DNA of 64,000 nt, from assembly GCA_964016885.1 (NCBI GenBank), contig OZ024740.1, positions 56,544,001 through 56,608,000 on the forward strand. The letters are read 5' to 3'. Under the pieces are notes generated by a model that worked only from the letters and a program-made list of their open reading frames with translations, had not been told where the DNA came from and searched no databases. The stretch comes from Eledone cirrhosa. Taxonomy: Eukaryota. A program made the position numbers and the translations under genes. Below, piece after piece: positions 26,925 through 38,998 of the stretch (its first letter is position 1; each line of letters starts with the position of its first letter).

Positions 26925-27452
26925 AATAATTGTTTCTGATTTAGGCCCAAGGCCAGCAAATTTTGGAGGAAGGGAAAGTCGATTAAATCGACCCCAGTGT
27001 GTTACTGGTACTTTATTTTATCGATCCCGTAAGGATGAAAGGCAAAGCTAACCTCGGCGGGATTTGAACGCAGAACGTAAAGGGCAGTAACTCTCTGCTA
27101 AAAAAAAAAGCATGTTGTCTGGTGCTTAAACGATACTGCCAAACACCACACTAACATATGCAAAAAATAATAAAAGTATAGAAACACACGGAAACGGCAA
27201 CAATTAGCCACACACACACACACACACACCGACATTTGTGCTATTGTGGAGGAATAATGAATAATTGTTTCTACTTTTGGCACAAGGCCAGCAATTACCC
27301 AATGCATTACTGCTACTTTATTTTATCGACCCAGTAAGGATTAAAGGTAAAGTTAACCTCGGCGGGATTTGAACTCAGACCATAAAGGGACGTAACTCTT
27401 TGCTGCAAAGCATGGCGTCCGACCCTCTATCGATACTGCCAATCCACCGCCC
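26925..27452 (-). mobile_element. two SINE-A copies (26925-27145, 27260-27452)
   Basis: Family consensus match. Confidence 0.85.
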
Positions 27453-27569
27453 TAATGAAGGAATAATGAATAATGAATAATCACAGAGAAGACAAAGAAC
27501 CTGTAGGGAAAATATTTAGTACCAGCTCTTTCAATGTGCCACAAATACTATTATTGGCACGGATGACTC

Positions 27570-30500
27570 TGGAGACATAAAATCACGAGGGCTAGCTTTC
27601 TACATGACGCGGGAATCCCTAATGTAAATTCTTTATTTATTAGGTTAGCAGAGTTACAGACGGTCATCTATTCAGACCAAAAATTTGTGATCTACATGGC
27701 TGACCTAGATAAAACACGTAGACAAGGACCCAGTTACTGGAAGCTTAACGCGTTGCCCCTGGCACGTTAATCCTATAGAGACCGGATTAGCACATTAGAT
27801 GAACTATAGTTTACCAGGGTAATCGTCAAGAATAAGTAGTGAAGCGCTCTAAAAAAAAAAAAGCGATTAGAATAGAATTAATTAAAAGATGGCTCTTTTC
27901 GTCAGGGATTGACAGTCTTAAGACCAATTTGTTTCCGATTGACCAATTGATTCTGTTCCTAGAAGGTTCTCCTCCGTGGCTCAAGCCTGGGTAAAGCGGT
28001 TTTGCAGAATACCAACAGTTGCTCATGCATGACCGTCTCCGATGACGTCTAAGGTACTGACAAACACCGATTCAGTTTGGCATCAACTACGTCGCAATAC
28101 ATTTCAAGCTGACAGAACTGGACGAAGGTGTCTTGCTCACGGATACAATGTATCGCCCGGTACAGGAATCGAACTCACAATTTCATGATTATGAAACCAT
28201 CGCTCTAACCAATAAGCCACGTGCCTTTATTGTAGTCTTTAGTAAAGAAGTAGCAATAGAAAATTATAGGGTAGAAGGGTAGTTAGTAGTTAAAATCGAA
28301 GAGGCGATTAGGAGTGGTATTGCAACTGACAATATATTCTCTGCGAAACACGAAATTTGCATTGTCATGCACTGAGACATGAAGGAACGAAAGCTGTTCT
28401 ATAGGCTAGAGATACAGAGGCGCAGCGTGGTAATAAAGACAGAATTCAGTATTTGGTAGCCCGAGATAGATACGTGCTGCTCGATTTCAAATAGATGTGT
28501 GCGGCTTTCCAGAGGCAGCAGAGAGACGGAGATGGTTGCACGGCAAACCGCAACTCTAGGTTGAAGATGAGAGGCTGTACAAGTCGTAAATCGCCCAGTT
28601 TCGATAAACTATTTTACGAGTATTCCGTAGATATGCCTTAATTGTTCGCCGAATTCCTCATAGGAGAATTCCTAGAGCTCTAAGCCGGTGAATATTAACA
28701 TGGATGATGAAAGACACGAATAAAGGGGACATCATCCAGAATTTCTGGCCCATAATTCTTCTGAACGCAGAGATGAAGATTTTGATGAAGGTGCTAACAA
28801 AGAGGTTGACGCTTGTCAAGAGTCTAGTTGGAATCCTGAATCCCGACCAGGTCTGTGCATGACAATCCCCACCTCAAGCGATACATCATAGAGAGGTTAG
28901 GGAGTAAAACTGGCTTCAGGGGAGCTCTGATAAATTTAGATCAATCGAAAGCTTTGGATATTCGACCTTCGATATCTGGAGACTGTTCTCAAGGAAACAA
29001 GTTTCGGTCTCGTCTACATAGGTTGGATAGCTGCAATACACAGCGGCATGTGCTCGGTGGTCAGGGTAAATAGCCACCTATCGGAACTGTTTCAGATTAC
29101 TCGCTCGGTTCATCAAGGATGCCCTTTCTCCTTCCATCTGTATGTGCTGACTCACGAGCCACTACTGCGGAAGCTGTAGCTGTTGAAGGGCGTCATGCTC
29201 GAACCGGGACGTGGAAGTACTGTGTCGGCATATGCGGGTGATGCCATCGTAATGGTGTTCAGCACCACGGAAATCGATGTGGTCAGCAACTTCTTAGAAG
29301 AATATGAAAGGCTGAAGGAAGCAAAGATCAACCCAGAAAAGTCGGTGAGTTTGTGGCTCGGTACCGGAGAGGCAAATACATACCGTTCAACAGCGTCCTC
29401 AGATGCTGCACAGACGCACTAGTGAAGCTGCTCGGGGTCTGGTGTGGACCAGACCTCCAGGTTGATAAGAACTAGGACGAGGTACCTGGCCGAGAGGAAT
29501 CCTGACCGTCATGCCTTGCCGCCGTTCACGCCGCACCAAAATGGAGCGCCTACACTTCAACTTTCCGTGGAAGGGATAAGTTCCATTCTGCGGCCAGCAC
29601 CCTCTACACAGAAAGCTACACATATCGTGGCTAATGATGCACAAACATGGGCTGAGGCTACAGCATCTCCAGTTATTCCTAAACTGTGAACAGATGTAGA
29701 CGCCGTTTGTGTGACAAGTGTTTCTGCAGCTCGTCATTTTGACTGAGCTGCAGTTGTGGGTCAAGCGTAGGTCGTGACTGGGCACCTGAGATCTGGAATG
29801 TTACCGGGCGCTTACTGCTCTCTCCCAGTCGGGCAATGCGGTCCATGGAAATTCCACTCTAGAGTTCTATAGCGGACATGTGGTGGGCAAGTGCGACGAC
29901 GTTCTCGGAGATACTCTAGTTGTCGATGAAATCGACCTGACCAGTCTGTTCTGGAGGACTTTGGCACTGGGGACTATGAACAACATCCAGAAATCCCTGG
30001 CTTGGCAATGCTACTGGGGGCGCACTGCTGGTTCGAAGTAAACTCTACAAGCATGGTAGTGTTGTCAGATGATCCTGTCAGAGATAGGCGTAGAGCGACG
30101 AAATGGTTCTACACGCACTCGTCCAGTATCCGTGCATTACTAACCTGTGGAGTTTTGTCGACTAGCTAATATCGCCTGTAGGACGGAACTGATTATCGAT
30201 CGAGTCATTCGTGATGATCGCCTCGCTGCCTTCTTTTGATCGAGAGAATTGCGGGCACTTTTCCTATGCCTGGTGGCTGTAGTGAAAAATGTCATGTGGT
30301 GGATGTGGCTGAAAGGACTGAAAACAGACATCTTCCTCTTCGGCCAAGCCATCATCAACCTGGTCCACGTGGAAAGGAAGGTGAGGATGGAGAAGGAATT
30401 GCTACCTCCAGTACATTTGTTAAAAAGTGGGTGAATGTCGCGAGAATGGCCCGTTGAATTGATCTACTCTGACCATGCGCCTGTAGGCTGGATAGTTTGG

Positions 30501-30700
30501 AGAGGAGCGCCTTCCTAGGGTGCTCTTGGGGAGTAAGGTGGTTTAGGATCGGTGGGGTTCCTGAGTCACCCTGGAGGGGAGGGGGATACTCGCTTCTATC
30601 GGGAGTTTTCATTTTTAACGTTGTATTGTTTTTTATCATTGTATTGTCTGCTATCTTCTTTTTACTCGATTCCATGTAAATCCCGCTGTCCCTGTTCCCT
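27570..30700 (+). mobile_element. Tx1/L1-like LINE ORF2 and 3' UTR, heavily decayed, interrupted at ~27900-28230
   Basis: GPSYWKLNA, NFWPIILLNAEMKILMKVL, ALINLDQSKA, QGCP, AYAGD, KINPEKS, QKSLAWQCY, VKNVMWW. Confidence 0.85.
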
Positions 30701-30924
30701 ATTATGCAAGACCATCCACCAACTTCATAATACGAAATCACCTCCACATCTCCTATCAGGGATTCACATGGAGTTCTGCTCTCTAAAAGGAGGTGTAATT
30801 TTTCTAGGTACTTTACAGATCTCCTAAATCCGTACACAAGATTTTCTGATCCACATGAGAAGCATCTAAGGGCGAAGACTGTCCTTTCGAGTTCTGAGGT
30901 CACCAGAGAAATTTAAGTGCTTAA

Positions 30925-31385
30925 ATATGGCAAGGAGTCTCGGGAGGATGAAATTCAGCCCGAAACATTATAAGCCTTAAATAGAGATTTTATGCTCTGG
31001 CTAATGTGTGCCAAGTGGTCCCGATCTCTGGAAAGGTGCCATAGCATTGGCAATCGGAAGTAATAAGCCCAATTTTCAAAACGGAGACAAGAAAGATTGC
31101 TCTAATTACAAAAGAATCCTTTTGTTAAGCTTCCTCGGTAAAGTCTGTGCTAAATGTCTGACAATGAGATGTAGGGATATTGTCTAGATTAAGCTAGTCT
31201 CGACCATGCGGTTTTCGCTCCGGATGTAGCGCAACCAAATATTCACTACATAGCAAGTGTTCGAGAAATCGTGGGAATATTGTCAAGATGTGCATAGTTG
31301 TTTCGTGGAAGGTTATGTAGGAGTATGGGATAGATGGGCAGCTCCATGTTGCTTTGCAGTGCCTATACGAATCCCAGACGCAGAA
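30925..31385 (+). mobile_element. RTE-like RT fragment
   Basis: DEIQPETL, CSNYKRILLLSFLGKV, CGFRSG, FEKSWEY..VHSCFVE, YGIDGQL across frames. Confidence 0.7.
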
Positions 31386-31644
31386 AATAATTCTAACAAC
31401 AGTCAATCTCGATCGCTGTAAACGATAGCTTAGAAAATCGAGTAAAATATTTTTATAAACTAAACAAGATACATGGGGTATTTTACCAAATTTCCTAAGG
31501 TATAATTTATATTGATCGGTTGTTGTTAAAATTATATTCTTCCTCTTCATTTAAGCTTACGATTAAAACTGGTATTGTGTTAACTTAAGGTATTTTATAA
31601 AATGCGTAATTAGTCTACAGAATGCCTTGAGTTTTTATATAAAA

Positions 31645-33231
31645 CTAGCAGTGGTACCTGGCGTTGTACGGGATAAGGTATTTTGAAACGCGGGTCGCCA
31701 ACATACCTAATCGTGGAAAACTGCATGCCTCGACAATATGTACAGAAAATAAACCGAATACTCTGATGGCTAGATAATCTTTAAGATTTTACTCGAAGCA
31801 GGAAAAAGGCAGGTTTTCACCTAATGCGGGCCCTAGGGCACCAAGAAAATGTATTTTTTTAATGTGCATAATATGCCTTGAAATTTCGGGAATAATCGGC
31901 TAGACGTAACGCCTAAAAAAAGCCATAACAAGCTGAAAAAATGAAGTTTTTCACCTAATGCGGGCCCAAGGCCATAAAAAAATTAGATTTTCTTTGCTCA
32001 CGATATGAAGAAGAGACTGACTAATAGATAGTTACAATTTCAAGGAAATCGGTCTGACGTAACACCTCAAAATACCCCTAAAAAGCTGTAACAACGTAGT
32101 TGTTCACCTAATGCGGACCCTAGGGGATCAAAAAGTTGAATTTTTTATGTGCATAACACTCCCTGAAACATAACGCGGGCCGCCAACAGACCTAATCGTG
32201 GGAAAACTGCATGATGGACAATATGTAAAGAAATTAAACCGAATACTCTGATACAATTAGTATTAGGTATGCTTCTCCTTCCACGTGGAGAAAATCGGCT
32301 TGGTGCTTTTGTACTTTAATAAAGTGGCATGAGTCAGCAGGACAGAGATCACCACTGATGTCACAGGGAAGTCTGCAAGGCTTGAGCAAAGCATGACGTG
32401 CAATCGGACAGCATATGGAGCCTTCTCGAAGGAGTCCACCGCACCTTAGTAAGTAAACGCAACTAGACAAACGTTTACCAAACTGTGGGTATAATTTAAC
32501 AAATTTAAAGAGGAATGGTGCAATAAAATGGGCCCCGAGGCGTGGGCGTTTTCACTGGCAGTCCTAAACAAAAGGCTCGCCATCAGCTATTTCAAGGGCC
32601 CTTAAAAGGGCCGTGAAAGCCATTCACTGACACCCCAGTAAGGAGGGGTAACCATCAACAATTGTGAGATTTGTCTTGAGCAAGGGTGGCGGAATAACCG
32701 GAGGCAGCAGACAGCCAGACATACAGACAGATATTATTAGGGCGCGTTCTGGACTTTATTTCACTCGCTCCACTAAAAGTTGGATTTTCTTTGCTGACGG
32801 TATGAAGAAGAGACTGACTAATACAGAGATACCGGCTTTCCTTTTTAGTGTTGTGTGAAATATATAACCGCCTTAGCTAACCTTAGTATTTCCACAACCA
32901 CGGCTGGCAAAGAAGTAAGGGTCTCGTGGTACGTAAGTAAGCAGCACTGTGGCTTAAAACGTGAGGAAGAAGTTGTGTGCACTTAGCAACTGTTTAGGGT
33001 ATGAGTGTGAGATTTGTCTTGAGCAAGGGTGGCAGAATAACCGGAGGCAGCAGACAGCCAGACATACAGACATATATTATAAGGGCGCGTTCTGGACGCA
33101 TATGGAATTGTGGGAAGTGACGTAATGCAGACAGCCAGACATACAGACATACAGACAGATATTATAATAGCGCGACGTTATATGTATGTATCTATCTAAA
33201 AAAAGAAAGACTAAGAATTATAGAGAGAGAT
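31645..33231 (-). mobile_element. non-autonomous Helitron-like element with internal repeats
   Basis: Imperfect hairpin plus CTAG|T 3' end at 31645; repeats of ttcacctaatgcggg at ~31817, 31950, 32103; duplicated block 32663-32755/33006-33097; ACAG repeats; candidate A|TC 5' end ~33230. Confidence 0.6.
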
Positions 33232-33548
33232 CGCTAAATCGCCTAATACGGTCCCTAGGGCATTGAAAATTTGAAATTTGTTTTGCTCAGAACACTCCCT
33301 GAAACATAAGTATTACATGTGTAAAGTTTTAAAACATTGCCCCAGGCCCAAAGCCCAATCACCCTCCCCTTCACCCCTCCCCTCTCTTCTGCGACACCAG
33401 AGCTCTTGTCATCCCCTCCCCTTCCGGTTCCTTTTTCTTTCTTTTTCTCTTTTTTCTCTATATTTCCCTATTCATTTTTCTTTTCTTTTCTTTTCTTTTC
33501 TTTTCTTTTCTTTTTTAATTATTGCCGTTATTATAGTTGTCATCGATA

Positions 33549-33763
33549 GATTGGCAGTATCGGTAGGGAGTCGGACGCTATGCTTTGCAGCATAGAGTTA
33601 CACCCCTTTACGGCCTGAGTTCAAATCCCGCCAAGGTTTACTTTGCCTTTCATCGTTACGGGGTCGATAACATAAAGTACCAGTCACGCACTGGGGTCGA
33701 TTTAATCGACTTTCCCCTCCCCTAAAATTGCTGGCCTTGAGCCTATATAAGAAACCATTATTA
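33549..33763 (+). mobile_element. SINE-A, full length
   Basis: Family consensus match. Confidence 0.88.
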
Positions 33764-35249
33764 CTGTAAATAAATTTAAATAGCTTTTGTTTTTCACATG
33801 TTTAATGGACTTGTTTCTGAAACTTAAACTGAATAGAATTACTTTGATAAATATTTCATTATATTAGTCTTTTACCCCCCCCCCCCCTGTCTAAATTTAA
33901 AAGCAGTAGCGTAACTAGAAGGGAGTGAGGGGAGCAGTCCGTCGCGGGTGACACTTTTATGGGGGCCGGCACTTTTGGGTCTGTTGTAGGCCTTAAGCGT
34001 TCTTTTCATGCTGCAGCATAATATTATAATTGTACACAGATTAGTTTATATATATATATATTTAAAAGTTAAACAAGGTTCAATGAATACATCAAAGAAT
34101 GAGTTTTACAATAGATTGGAAGCACTCAACAGTTAAGGTTTTCCAGAGTTACTAATATTAATTCAGAATATTAACAAAATAGATATTCTTGTGATCAATT
34201 ATATTTTATTATACATATTTCAGAGGTACTGAGTTAAGTTTAACAGTACGTCCTTATCAGATAAAATATGATGCATGACAGATCTAACTACAGATCTAAC
34301 TACGGATGAAATTGATATCATATTAACAACTAGAAGAACTCTAATTAACTTCAACAATGAGTATTGGACCGGCTCAGATAGAAATAGAAACTTCGACATT
34401 ACCATGGGATCATCTGACTCAGCGCAAGTATCTTCTGGGGATTTTCATCTTAAATAGAATAAATAGAAAACTGCCGGAGATTACCGGTGGTTTATATAGG
34501 GACGATATTTTATTTACGGTTGTTAAACACAACAATATAGAACTAAATAGGGTAAAGAAAAGTATAATTGAATTCTTTAAAAATTACGACCTTAAACTAG
34601 AGGTAGAAAGTGGTACCAAAATAGTTAATTTCCTTGATGTTACCCTTAACTTAAACTCTGGTTTTTATTACCCTTTCCATAAGCCCAATGAAAACTTAAT
34701 TTACGTTAGTTATTACTCTAATCACCCTAAATCTGTGAAAAACACAATTGTAAAAAGTGTACAAAAACGCATAACTAGAATATCTGCCAATAAATCAATA
34801 TTTGATGAAAAAGCAGGATATTACAATGATGCGCTAAGAAAGGCAGGTTATAAAAATAAAATTGAATATATAGACAATAATAATCCGAGTCTTAATCCTG
34901 ATAAAAATAATGGCATATATAAACGAAATTCTAAAAATTCTAATAATTATAATTCAAACACCTGTACTGTGAATAAATCGGGGAAAAGTACCAGAACTAA
35001 ATCAGTTATATGGTTTGTCCCCCCCCCCCTGCTTCTGTAGCAGTAAGAACACCAATAGCTAATCTATTTTTTAAAGCTTTAGATAGTTCCTTCCCTAGTC
35101 AACATAAATATCACTCCATATTTAATAGACACACAATTAAACTGTCTTATTCTACAACTATGAATATGGCCCAAAACATCGCTAAACTAAATAGTATAAT
35201 TCTAAACCAAAATCAACATAATGCTATTAATAATAGTGTTAATATAAAT

Positions 35250-35423
35250 AATAATTGTTTCTACTTTTGGCACAAGGCCAGCAATTACCCAGTGTATTAC
35301 TGCTACTTTATTTTATCGACCTCGTAAGGATGAAAGGCAAAGTTAACCTCGGCGGGATTTGAACCCAGAATGGCAAGGGCCATAACTCTACGCGTCAAAG
35401 CATGGCGTACCGATACTGCCAAT
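35250..35423 (-). mobile_element. SINE-A nested in the Naiad-2 ORF
   Basis: Family match; sits between the RT C-terminus and the CNCR motif. Confidence 0.88.
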
Positions 35424-37779
35424 TCATCGAATAAATCGAAATGTAATTGTAGAAATAAACCAGACTGCCCTCTGCAAAATAATTGTCTGGATAGAGATCT
35501 GGTGTATAAATGCACCGTAAAGACAAATAACAACACATACAACTACATAGGAGCAACTTCTTCGACATTTAAATCGAGATTTGCGAATCACAAATGCTCA
35601 TTTTCGAATTTTAATAGGAAGGCTTCGACTTCTTTATCACAATTTATATGGTCATTAAAAGACAAAAATTTAAAATACTCGATCTTTTGGACGAAGCTTT
35701 GTAATAGTAAAATATATACGAACTCATCTATATCAACTAGCTGCAACCTCTGCATAAATTAATAATTACTAATTTTGAAAACTTAATTAACAAAAAAAGT
35801 GAATTAATCTCAAACTGCCTTCATAAAGCTTCGTCTACATTTCAAGCCTCGCAAAAAATCAGGAAAAAACACTAAACAATCAGGCCTTAATTTTTGACGT
35901 CTCTTATCAACTGTTGGGCCTAAAAAATCATAACGGTTTTATCTTCTTACCATTTATAATAGAATTAATGTTAGAATGAATGATAACTTGTTTACTTAAT
36001 AGATATGCATACTTTATGTTGTTTTTTTTATATTTATAATTTTGATTCAGATCTTTATTTATCTGTCTCTGTTTTAAATATATAATTTGGATATTTAACT
36101 TGTAAATTTACTGATTATAATTGAACTGTGGATCATTCATGCGTTTGCATATTCTACATATTTTACTCATTTTGAGTATGTTTTTGGAGTCTCAGAAAGT
36201 TAGATTTGCTTTTTTATATATATCTAGGTATAAATATATCAAACCATAATAGTCGAAAAATATTGGTCTCTCTCTCCACTGAACTGGAGGTAAAACTACA
36301 ATTATAGCATTACTAATAATTATTATAATTATTTATATATTAAATGTATACCGTTTCATTAATACCTATAATAATATCTCTATATAGTTGTACAAATATC
36401 TTTATCTAGTGTAATACCATACTCGTAGTTACATTTATAATATATTTTAGACACTCAAATGACTCTATATTGTTATAAATGTTTGATATTCCCTGGAAGT
36501 TCGAATTTATATAATGATTTTTACTTAATATAATATAATTTAATTTAACTTATTTTATTTTAATTAAATTTAGATTACCTTCGGGTTTTTTCAAATACTT
36601 AGCTCCTCTTACTATCACATTCGCTAAAATATGTTAGATGTATCTTTTGTCTACTATATTAAAACCCTATTACATTCATAATATATTTTTAATATTGGGC
36701 ATATTTAAGTTTCGCAAACAATTCATTATCTTTTATTTGTATATTTACTTTGTATCTAGCCCCTATCATTAGGACTCATGTCGTTTTGACTTATATGTGT
36801 ATAGTATATATCAACTAAATGAAAATAATTGATATAAAACATTAATTTTTTAACAATATTTTTTAACAATATTTTTTAACTATATATATTTTGTGAACAA
36901 TATTTTCAGTAATTTATTTACTATATTATATTATTGTATTATATTATATATATTTGAAAGGTTTCACCTCAATTATAAACAAATAATAAACTATAATCTT
37001 TGTATATTTTTTTATCAACACATATATATAATTAAAAATTCAGATTTCTTTAAGTTTAGTTATGAGGCCGGTTGATCCTTTAGGCACTCAAACTATTTAA
37101 CAATAAATTCTTTAATAATTATAACTAGAATTATTTTATGAATTGTATTATATAAATTGTTGTCAATATTATAAATAATTTTGGTAAAGATTACCTTCGT
37201 GAGGGTATAAAAGCATTATGTATTTTCTTTCTCGTGTTTCGTAAATCCTTTAAATTTGTTTTCTAAAAATTTGAATTTTAAAAATTAAACATAATTTTAA
37301 TATTAATACAAATACCTATTAACTTTTAAAACCTAAAATATTATACATTACTCTGAAATAACTTAGATTAAATATTTTGAATATTAACGGCCAGCTATAT
37401 TAATTTGGGCATATGAAAAATTGTATATAAACTTGAACATAAATTACTCCCCTTTGTCTCTCTCTCTCTTTAATCATCTTTCATTTGTATTTTCGAGCCA
37501 CCTATTAAATATATTATCACTTCAGCTGTTTCTTCCTCTATGCTTTCCTTTCCCTCCTCTTTCTTCAGTAGTTTAAAAAAAAAAAAAAGGATTTTAACTC
37601 TTATATTGATGCAATGTATTTTTAAAGTTGTATTACACGCACCCTCTCTATTGTTTGTATTAAGTCATCTCATGTTCTCAATAGTTAGGTATAAATATTG
37701 AGTTTTGTCATATGTTAATCACTACCATGACTGAATCTTAACCATCTATTATGTCAGGGTATGTTATGCATCATCCTAA

Positions 37780-37840
37780 TTTATCTGATGAGGACGTACT
37801 GTTAAACTTAACTCAGTACCTCTGAAATATGTATAATAAA
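37780..37840 (+). ncRNA. type I minimal hammerhead ribozyme at the Naiad-2 3' end; mutated inverted copy at ~34205-34265(-)
   Basis: TTTAT-CTGATGA-GGACGTACTG..CAGTACCTCT-GAAA-TATGTA-TA-ATAAA; the inverted copy reads CTGATAA. Confidence 0.82.
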
Positions 37841-37889
37841 AATAAAATATAATTGATCACAACAATATCTATTTTGTTAATATTCTGAA

Positions 37890-37971
<82 letters not shown>

Positions 37972-37973
<2 letters not shown>

Positions 37974-38383
37974 GGCTCTCCATATTTCTTGTCAATGGCT
38001 GACAATACCAAGAAACTCACTCACTCAGATGGTGGATGGGTGCTACACGAGATTGCTGAGGATGGCTCTGAACATTAATCAGTATACGCTGAGGATGAAA
38101 AACTCAGAGCTGTATGGGAGCCTCCCAAAAGTCAGCTCAAAAGTGACACAGAGGAGACTGAGGTTGGCTGGACATGCTCACCGACATCCAGAGTTGACAT
38201 TGCACTCAGTGCTCCTGTGGGAGCCCCTACATGGATACACTGGAAGAGGAAGACCAAGGTTAATGTATGTTGATACCCTAAGGACAGACACTGGTCTGTT
38301 AGAGATGCAGGATATGGCAGCGATAATGAGGGACAGAGACCGCTGGAGAGAACTCGTCCATGGATCTCGGGAATTTTACCCGC

Positions 38384-38387
<4 letters not shown>
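37972..38387 (+). mobile_element. RTE/RTE-X-like LINE 3' fragment between TA runs
   Basis: DGCYTRLLRMAL..RRLRLAGH..LLWEP..GRGRPRLMYVDTL..MRDRDRW. Confidence 0.85.
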
Positions 38388-38459
<72 letters not shown>

Positions 38460-38770
38460 AAGAGTGAAGAATAACATGGTCGGCTGTACAAAAAGGGTTT
38501 ATTTACAGTATTAACAATTGTTTCATTAATCAGGTGAGTCTAAAGGCCGCTTATCGACAGAAATTACGTCACTCGACTTTAATTACAGTGTGTGTCTCTG
38601 AACAAATCATCGGATTTTATCAGAGACACACACACTGTAATTACCTTGTATTTGCCGTGTATTTAACTCAAAATTGTTACTGTAAAGAAAAGTTCTGTAG
38701 ATTACAGAGAAAGTTTTCTTTTTTATTTCAGAAACATTTTCAAATCTCAACCAATAGAAAGTAATCCACT

Positions 38771-38998
38771 ATGGATAATATGGACGGTGAATCTAACTCT
38801 AACCAGAGCCTGCCAAGTGATATATATGACGGAGAAGATTTACCGACACCGCTTAACCGCAAAAATAGTCTCCTGGATACATACAAAGAAATAGAAGATA
38901 AGTTCTGTGATCCAGAAAACCCTGTCGTCATCAGCATGGAATCTGTCATTGCTGCAGCTTTTGCTAATAGAGGTGGCACAATTAAGACCCCGTGTACG
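38771..38998 (+). CDS. exon 1 (MDNMDGES...DKFCDPENPVVISMESVIAAAFANRGGTIKTPCT)
   Basis: ATG at 38771; donor GTAAGG at 38999, phase 0; IKTP motif of the family N-terminus. Confidence 0.85.

Larger units (their letters stand above)
34155..37895 (+). mobile_element. Naiad-type Penelope element 2 with short inverted pseudo-LTR and ~2-kb AT-rich 3' UTR
   Basis: FDITMGSSDSAQV, GLYRDD, FLDVTL, SNHP, VIWFVPP, CNCRNKPDCPL, YIGAT, CNLC (34290-35875); 34155-34280 is the reverse complement of ~37765-37895. Confidence 0.9.

Noticed and set aside
32660-32930. faint histone H2A-like peptide resemblance
   Set aside because: Too few identities and no continuous frame
33549-33635. tRNA gene
   Set aside because: A/B boxes belong to a SINE head; no cloverleaf
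33903-33975. hAT-like terminus (CAGTAGCGTAACTAG)
   Set aside because: No partner TIR or TSD found
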